Below are positions 58,348-64,000 of a stretch of 64,000 bases of DNA, one piece after another (position 1 is the first letter of the stretch; each line of letters begins with the position of its first letter). Below the pieces are notes generated by a model. That model did no database searches. It saw nothing but the letters and a program-made list of their open reading frames with translations, and was not told the DNA's origin. Both the position numbers and the translations under genes were made by a program. This DNA comes from a candidate division WOR-3 bacterium (GTDB lineage Bacteria; Hydrothermota; Tepidihabitantia; Tepidihabitantales; Tepidihabitantaceae), in assembly GCA_965649225.1 (NCBI GenBank), contig CBFGJX010000001.1:41899-105898 (forward strand). The letters run 5' to 3'.

Positions 58348-58867
58348 CCCGAACCCGGGCCACCTGCCCCGGCACGACACCCTTCAGATTCTGGCGCAGC
58401 TCTTGTTTGAGATTGATTCGCAGGTCACTGAAAGTATCGCCGGCAACGGCAATCAGATGAACCTTAGGCCCGGCCTGCCAGGGTTTCGCTCCCGAAAGCC
58501 GATACCAGCGCGTCTCACCCAGTCGCTGGCCCGATTTGTCCAGATAGCTCAGCACCAGCGCAGCATAGGCATGATAGGACGGATTGTTGGTTTCCGCCTT
58601 GAACTTGGCCCGAGCCGAGAAATCAAAATCCAATCCGGTCAGTGCCACTTCCTGCTCCAGCCGGGCGTGGCCGCACATCGTCTTGCGCACCCGCACTCCG
58701 CCATCCCGGTCCAGACCAACGAAACTGGAGCCGACGATATCGCGCACCGAGCGCTGCCAGCCCGAGTCGAGCGGCAAACGAAAATCACCGTTCACCAGCG
58801 GTGAAACCGGCAACGCCGCAGCCGGAACCATCGCAGCAAACAGCAGAAGAAAACAAAAACCCTTCAT
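58307..58867 (-). CDS. Secreted hypothetical protein (beta-sandwich-like)
   Basis: Signal peptide MKGFCFLLLFAAMVPAAA; NGDF...W and alternating beta-strand pattern. Confidence 0.65.
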   Translation of the reverse strand: MKGFCFLLLFAAMVPAAALPVSPLVNGDFRLPLDSGWQRSVRDIVGSSFVGLDRDGGVRVRKTMCGHARLEQEVALTGLDFDFSARAKFKAETNNPSYHAYAALVLSYLDKSGQRLGETRWYRLSGAKPWQAGPKVHLIAVAGDTFSDLRINLKQELRQNLKGVVPGQVARVRVTLESFGSGSSAC

Positions 58868-58987
58868 GATAAATCCATCATAGCCGCCGGATCGGGTCGA
58901 GTCAAAAGCCGATTCGGTGCAAACATCGCCGGTTGAACAACTCTCTGCCGCTTTGGCCGCTGCAGTCATGGCGCTGCATCGGCCGGC

Positions 58988-60082
58988 TCAACTGCCGAAG
59001 CGGCAGTCGTTGCGCTGAAGCCACCTCTGCACGAGCTCACCGATGCGCAGAAACACCTCTGAATCAAGCCCGCGGGCGCGAAACTTCTCGCCCTGCTCAT
59101 CCACCAGCTTCTGCCGGGCTGATGTTGCCTCAGCCGTATGGCCCAGGATATGCCACCAGGTTGCAACGGCAGCGCGGGAACACCGGCGCACCCTCTCAGC
59201 CACTCCCGCTGCCGCCAGCAGCCGGTCTGCAACCCCCGCCAGCTCCTCGATTGCCTTCCAGCGCCGCAAGCTTTCAGCATCAGCCTGCCCAGCAGCCTCA
59301 CGGACGCACCGACGCTCAGCCCTTTCCACCTGTTTTCGGTCAAGCAGCTCTGCGGCTTCCGCCGCGCCGGGCAGACGGTCAAGCTCACCCGACTGTTCGA
59401 GACCGGCGAAGAGCTCCCATACTGCTGCTCGCACCGCGGCCCGCTGTTCGTCGGTCCCCACGGCCCCATATCGGCGTTCGACCGCTTCAAGCCCTCCAGC
59501 ACGAACGCCTCGTCGCCGGTTCCGCGCCCGGTTCAGTGCTCCCCAAACCGCCCGGCCATAAGCGCACAACTGGCCAAACTCGACCAGCCCCAGCCCGAAC
59601 CGGCTTACCGTATCGTGCAGGCAGGTCTCCAGCCGTTCACACAGGATCAGCGAACGGGCAGTACGGCGCAGCCGCTCGAACCGCTCGTCGGCCGATGTCT
59701 TTTCGTCATCGGCAACCCGGCTCTTTGCCGCATAACGCATGAACTTCAACCCCGCTTCCGGCGGCAGGGTCTCGGCCAGCTTCGCGGCAGCGGCCCTGAC
59801 CCGCTCGCTCGCGATTGTCGGCTGCGAAGTGTAAGCGTCCAGAACCGGTGCAAGGTCGGCGAAACTCGCTCCGCAGGCACGCAGGTAGTCGGCGACAAAA
59901 CCAAAAGTCGGCTGCGTCGCCCGGCCGGTCTCCAGCCGGCTGACTGCAACGTGGCCGGTGCTGCCCCGGCCACCCATTGCCTCGGCAACCTGTGCCTGTG
60001 TCAGCCCGGCCCGACGGCGCAACTCCCGCAGTGCCGCCCCCATCTCCCGGCTCCAGCGAAAAGTACCCTGATGTCGGCTCAT
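58988..60082 (-). CDS. XRE-family HTH protein with long helical C-terminal region
   Basis: LRELRRRAGLTQAQVAEAM...VSRLETG. Confidence 0.75.
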   Translation of the reverse strand: MSRHQGTFRWSREMGAALRELRRRAGLTQAQVAEAMGGRGSTGHVAVSRLETGRATQPTFGFVADYLRACGASFADLAPVLDAYTSQPTIASERVRAAAAKLAETLPPEAGLKFMRYAAKSRVADDEKTSADERFERLRRTARSLILCERLETCLHDTVSRFGLGLVEFGQLCAYGRAVWGALNRARNRRRGVRAGGLEAVERRYGAVGTDEQRAAVRAAVWELFAGLEQSGELDRLPGAAEAAELLDRKQVERAERRCVREAAGQADAESLRRWKAIEELAGVADRLLAAAGVAERVRRCSRAAVATWWHILGHTAEATSARQKLVDEQGEKFRARGLDSEVFLRIGELVQRWLQRNDCRFGS

Positions 60083-60591
60083 TTGAAGGTTCTGACCTTT
60101 TGACTTTAGCCTACCAGACTAAATCGGGCAGCGCAATGGTGGCAAGAATAACTTTTCATTGGAATCGAAGTTATACCGCTGAACCGAAAATCACCCCGGT
60201 CGCCTCCCCCGCGGTCAGGTACGAACTTTTGCAGAACGACACCCCGGCCACACGAGCCGAACCCGGCAACAGCATCCGAAATGACCTTCTGACGACTCTT
60301 GTGTCGGATAACTTTGCCGGTGTCTGTGTCAGTCTGTTGTCAGGCACCGATTCCAATCCAGCGACCAGACCGGTATCCAGTCGGCCGGTTGACCCCAGGC
60401 CCAAACTCATTACAGTTGACACAGTGAGAAATCCCATCGCACCGCCAAGTCGGGAAATCGCTTGACCGGGTTCTGCCACCGGGCTGAACGGAGACAAGCT
60501 GCGCCCGACACTTCTGGGCCCTGAACCGAACCGCCCGCCCCTGGTCGGACCGGTAGCCAAGTTCCTGCTGCGCTGGCTTGTCGGCACGCTC

Positions 60592-60942
60592 GTGACACTC
60601 GGGGCTTGGCGACTGGGTATGGTGATAGTCCCGCCCCACTCAGTACCGGCGTTCATCGCCGCGGCCACTATCTTCGGGTTGGCGAACGCGCTGATGCGGC
60701 CCATCGCCAACATCATCGTCGAACGGACCTGGCTGCCGCTGGTTGTCATCGCCCAGATTGCCGTCGGGTCCTTGCTGATGCAGGGCCTGGCCTGGCTTGC
60801 CCGCACGGTCGCGCACGCCGGCTTCAGTTTCCCGGCCGGGTTCTACAACGGGTCGCGCTCGCTGTTCCTGCTCTGCACCGCTGTCGTGTTCGCGAACTAC
60901 ATCCTTGCCGGCCTGCTGCGGGACCCGGACCCGCTGAGCTGA
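60592..60942 (+). CDS. Phage-holin-like (YvlD / holin superfamily IV) membrane protein; true start uncertain
   Basis: 4 TM segments, GLANALMRP. The in-frame upstream KFLLRWLVG suggests the coding region extends to about 60553. Confidence 0.6.
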   Translation: MTLGAWRLGMVIVPPHSVPAFIAAATIFGLANALMRPIANIIVERTWLPLVVIAQIAVGSLLMQGLAWLARTVAHAGFSFPAGFYNGSRSLFLLCTAVVFANYILAGLLRDPDPLS

Positions 60943-60977
60943 GCGCCGCGGTCCAGCGCGGCCCGACCTTTCCCCGT

Positions 60978-62315
60978 TTACCGCACCACAATTAACCTGT
61001 CAAGCCGGCCCTTGGCCTCCGGTTCCGGGCTGCTGACGAAGTACACGCCCGGCGCCAGCCCGCTCACGTTATTCGCACCCGGCTGCAACTCAAGCACGTG
61101 CCGGCCGCAGGCGTCAAGCAGCTCCCGTCGCAGGCCATCGGCCGTCTGCGTGAGACGCAGGACGCCACGCGCGACCGTCGGGGTTGGCGTGACAAGTCCG
61201 GCGCGCGATGCGCCACGTCGCTCCCGAACAGCCACTGCATTCGTGTCACGGATGACCGACACGCTCGAATCGCCACTGTTGGCGACGTAGACACGGTTCC
61301 ATGTCGGGTTGTGGGCCAGAGCACACGGCCGCTCACCGACCCCGACCGTCGCGACGACGCCGGCAGACGCACAGTCGATAACCGTGACGTCGTCGCTGCC
61401 GTAGTTGGCGCAGTAGATTCGGTGGTTGACGGCGTCGTGACAGACCGCCCAGGGCTTGATACCCGCCGGCACGGTCGCAAGCACCGAATCCCCGGCACCG
61501 TCGATGACCGCCACGTTTCCGTCGTACTCGTTGGCACAGAATACACGGTTCAGGTCCGGACAGCAGCAGGCGGCGATTGCGTAATCACCGACGGTGAGAT
61601 TGCTGATCAGGCCATTTGTCGCAGCGTCGATTATGGTGACGTTCTTGCCCAAATGGTTCACGCAGTACACCTTGTTCGCGGTCGGGTTGTAGCAAACGTC
61701 CCATGGATGGTCGCCGGCGCGCAGGGTGGCGACGACCGAATCCCCGGTGCCGTCGATGACCGTGATGTCGTCGCTTTCCATGTTTGCGGCGTAGATACGG
61801 TTATCGCGCGAGTCGAAGCAGAAGGCCCAAGGGTTAACACCCGTGCTGATCGTGGCGACGGCAGTGTCGGTCGCACCATCAATTACCGTGACGTTATCGG
61901 TGACGAAATTAGCACAGTAGACCTTGTCTTCCAGCCGGTTGTAGGCCAGCGCGTACGGATACTGCCCGCACTGTACCTGCGCAACGACCGCTCCCGTCGC
62001 CCCGTTGGCCACAACTACCAGGTCACCGAAGTAATCGGCGCAGTACACCTTGTCCCGCTGCGGGTTGTGACAGATGTCATACACGGTCGAACCGGCCGGG
62101 ATGCGACCGACGATGCGGTTCGACGCTCCGTCGATGACCAGCACACCATTACCTTCCTCACCCCCGACATACACCAGGTTGTCGGTCTCGTTCCAGACCA
62201 GGCACCGAGGTACCGCCACCCGGCCTAGCGAATTGGACAAGCCGATGGTCGCTTCGAGGAACTGCCCCGCGGCCAGACCCGCGAGAACTGCCACCGCCAG
62301 CACTCTGTGCCCCAT
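60978..62315 (-). CDS. YncE/YVTN-repeat beta-propeller protein with T9SS-type C-terminal domain
   Basis: About 8 repeats of KVYCAN..SD.VTVIDGA.D.VVAT...G..P; CTD ELLDACGRHVLELQPGANNVSGLAPGVYFV. Confidence 0.85.
   Translation of the reverse strand: MGHRVLAVAVLAGLAAGQFLEATIGLSNSLGRVAVPRCLVWNETDNLVYVGGEEGNGVLVIDGASNRIVGRIPAGSTVYDICHNPQRDKVYCADYFGDLVVVANGATGAVVAQVQCGQYPYALAYNRLEDKVYCANFVTDNVTVIDGATDTAVATISTGVNPWAFCFDSRDNRIYAANMESDDITVIDGTGDSVVATLRAGDHPWDVCYNPTANKVYCVNHLGKNVTIIDAATNGLISNLTVGDYAIAACCCPDLNRVFCANEYDGNVAVIDGAGDSVLATVPAGIKPWAVCHDAVNHRIYCANYGSDDVTVIDCASAGVVATVGVGERPCALAHNPTWNRVYVANSGDSSVSVIRDTNAVAVRERRGASRAGLVTPTPTVARGVLRLTQTADGLRRELLDACGRHVLELQPGANNVSGLAPGVYFVSSPEPEAKGRLDRLIVVR
61039..61136. 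repeat. 98-bp direct repeat copy 1 (CTD-coding); copy 2 at 63256-63353
   Basis: Manual alignment shows 95/98 identical. Confidence 0.9.
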
Positions 62316-62324
62316 CGTCAGCTC

Positions 62325-63161
62325 CTATCGCGAGATGACCACCCGGGCGATGTGCGGTTGTCGATTGTCTATTGTCGATTCGACGAAGTAGACGCCACTG
62401 GGCAGCCCCGAGACATCGTTCTCGCCCACGCGCAGTGTCATCACCTCTCGGCCCGCGGCGTCGAGCAGCGCCGCTCGGTGTTCGGGATCGGAAACCAGTG
62501 ACCGAGGCAGGTCAAGAACCCCGCGGACAACGGTTACGCGCGGCAGAGTTCTGACCGGCACGACCGGGCAGAGTTCTTCTTCGATACCCGTCAACGAGAA
62601 CACGATTGCCCGCTGGTTCCAGTTCCGGTTCTCGTAAAACGGCGAGTCCGAGAGCTGGTACCAGGTTTCGCCCATCAGCGGCACCTTGATGAACCCGCCC
62701 CGGTTGCGCACCAGTGGCCCGCGGTCCACGGCCAGCGGGTGGTCTCCGGTGTAGTATGTAGTTGTAACGCAGGTCCAGAAATCGACCCCGGAATCCACCG
62801 GCACCGGCTGGGCGAGATTGACTCGTTTCCAGCGCATTGCACCGGACCCGGGATAGGTGGCCTGAGCCAGACGCGGGCCCGGCCGGGTGCTGGTATTCGC
62901 TCCGTAGATATAGACGCGGCCGTCCTCGGCCGAGGCGTCGTACTGGTAGAAGATCACCGCGACGACGCTGCACGGCTTCTCGGGCGTAAAACGCACCGCG
63001 GCGTGGTACTCGTACTGACCGGTCACCGCGAAACCGCCGAACACCCCCGAATCGAACTTCAGCGTCTCCTCAGCCGCGTCCGGCGACGTCAACTCGCCCG
63101 GAGCTGCAAGAGCGAGACAGGCGAGCGTCGCAACCGCGAGGAGTCCGCAAACTCTCTTCAT
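62325..63161 (-). CDS. Secreted protein with T9SS-type C-terminal domain
   Basis: Signal peptide; CTD RGVLDL...LLDAAGREVMTLRVGENDVSGLPSGVYFV. Confidence 0.75.
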   Translation of the reverse strand: MKRVCGLLAVATLACLALAAPGELTSPDAAEETLKFDSGVFGGFAVTGQYEYHAAVRFTPEKPCSVVAVIFYQYDASAEDGRVYIYGANTSTRPGPRLAQATYPGSGAMRWKRVNLAQPVPVDSGVDFWTCVTTTYYTGDHPLAVDRGPLVRNRGGFIKVPLMGETWYQLSDSPFYENRNWNQRAIVFSLTGIEEELCPVVPVRTLPRVTVVRGVLDLPRSLVSDPEHRAALLDAAGREVMTLRVGENDVSGLPSGVYFVESTIDNRQPHIARVVISR

Positions 63162-63170
63162 TCGGTTTTC

Positions 63171-64000
63171 CTATCGCGTGAAGATGACCTTGAACACGAT
63201 TGACGGCGGTTGTCTCTCCCCCTGCGAAAAGGCATCAAGGTGGGGGGCGACCACAAAGTACACGCCCGGCGCCAGCCCGCTCACGTCATTCGCACCCGGC
63301 CGCAACTCAAGCACGTGCCGGCCGCAGGCGTCAAGCAGCTCCCATCGCAGGCCGTCAGTCGCCGGCTGCGGGAGGTCCAGCACGTCGCGCACGATAGCGG
63401 CTCCTGAGGCAACTCTCCTTACCCCGGCCATCGGACTCGTCTCCATCCCGACCACGCCGAATGCGCGAGCCAGCATCAGTTCCCCGGCCGCCGCGTAGGC
63501 GATGACCGGCTCACCGAGACTGTCCAGCATGATGTCACAGACCTTCGCCCTTATCACGCCCGGCACCGACACCGGCCTCCACCCGGTCCCGCCCCAGTAA
63601 GCGAAACGCAGGGTCGTATCCCGCGGCACGTAGGCCACGCCCCGTCGGGATTGGCGGTCGGCCGCGACCGCAAGCGACAGGAAACGCACTCCCTCGACCA
63701 GATAGTCGTCACAGTATGGATAGCGCGGTACGAGCGAATCGACGCCCATTTCGAAGCAACAGCTCACCCCGGTGTCGGCGCGTATGGCGATGTCCCAGCC
63801 CGCGACCTGGAGGTCCATCCCGCCGTTCAGCCGCTCGGTACGCCAGCCATCGGGTCTGCGCACTCTGCATTGGAAGCTCCAGTTCCAGTTCGGGTTCGGG
63901 GCGTAACGACCGGAGCCCTCGTGCATCCCAACGTGCGGCACGTTCCGGGCATCGAACTCGAGCCCGCAACAGCCGTAACGCGCGCGGTACCCCGGCTGCG
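63171..64000 (-). CDS. Secreted protein with T9SS-type C-terminal domain, 3' part only
   Basis: The frame stays open to the window edge (QPGYRARYGCCGLEFDARNVPHVG...); same CTD motif. Confidence 0.75.
   Translation of the reverse strand, partial: QPGYRARYGCCGLEFDARNVPHVGMHEGSGRYAPNPNWNWSFQCRVRRPDGWRTERLNGGMDLQVAGWDIAIRADTGVSCCFEMGVDSLVPRYPYCDDYLVEGVRFLSLAVAADRQSRRGVAYVPRDTTLRFAYWGGTGWRPVSVPGVIRAKVCDIMLDSLGEPVIAYAAAGELMLARAFGVVGMETSPMAGVRRVASGAAIVRDVLDLPQPATDGLRWELLDACGRHVLELRPGANDVSGLAPGVYFVVAPHLDAFSQGERQPPSIVFKVIFTR
63256..63353. repeat. 98-bp direct repeat copy 2 (CTD-coding)
   Basis: Manual alignment with 61039-61136 shows 3 mismatches. Confidence 0.9.

Noticed and set aside
59138-60103. 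321-aa plus-strand ORF
   Set aside because: Antisense to the XRE gene; Pro/Gln-rich with no RBS or motifs.
59977-60806. ORFs 59977-60465 (+) and 60171-60806 (-)
   Set aside because: Low-complexity composition, overlap with better-supported genes, no RBS.
60592-60942. Prophage inferred from the holin-like gene
   Set aside because: This family is commonly chromosomal; no integrase, capsid, terminase or endolysin is present.
61098-62228. Repetitive plus-strand ORF suggesting a repeat array or CRISPR
   Set aside because: The periodicity comes from the YVTN propeller repeats on the minus strand; there are no identical DNA repeats with unique spacers.
61039-63353. Diversity-generating retroelement TR/VR pair
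   Set aside because: Only 3 mismatches, one not at a coding-strand adenine; both copies lie in coding CTDs; no reverse transcriptase in the window.
1-64000. tRNA, rRNA, SRP, tmRNA, RNase P or IS elements
   Set aside because: No diagnostic motifs recognised by eye; a covariance-model scan was not possible, so small RNAs cannot be fully excluded.

Overview
Gene-dense, GC-rich window from an anaerobic diderm bacterium. lpxB, tamA/tamB and T9SS-type C-terminal domains suggest an FCB-related lineage, plausibly WOR-3; this is inference, not a database result. 1-13.1 kb (minus): one translationally coupled operon joining an Mrp-type antiporter module and a group 4 [NiFe]-hydrogenase core to a soluble module (AsrA/HydB-like, AsrB/HydG-like FAD/NAD(P) subunit, shortened NuoG/FdhA-like scaffold, HycB-like polyferredoxin). 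13-22 kb: housekeeping genes (mnmG, QueG-like, patatin-POTRA-barrel, pseudouridine synthase, PflX-like, purF). 22.2-26.6 kb: uncharacterised five-gene membrane cluster coupled to purF (two FN3-DUF6754-type paralogues, a divergent homologue of apparently opposite topology, two small polytopic proteins). 28-38.6 kb: PriA without Walker A, tamB/tamA, and a TPR-AAA+ regulator divergent from two small zinc-ribbon genes. 38.7-47.6 kb: acs, OFA-type MFS, malic enzyme, and a CoA-transferase pair with two acyl-CoA dehydrogenases. 47.7-58.3 kb: MvhG/MvhA-like hydrogenase, glycosylation genes, PorZ-like protein, a 53-aa Cys-rich peptide missing from the ORF track, speB, lpxB. 58-64 kb: XRE regulator, holin-like gene, three T9SS-type cargo genes. 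Several operon-leading genes appear leaderless. I recognised no rRNA, tRNA, CRISPR array or transposase. Start codons were re-assigned by eye from RBS, stop/start overlaps and promoter position. Family names are from motif recognition, not HMM searches.
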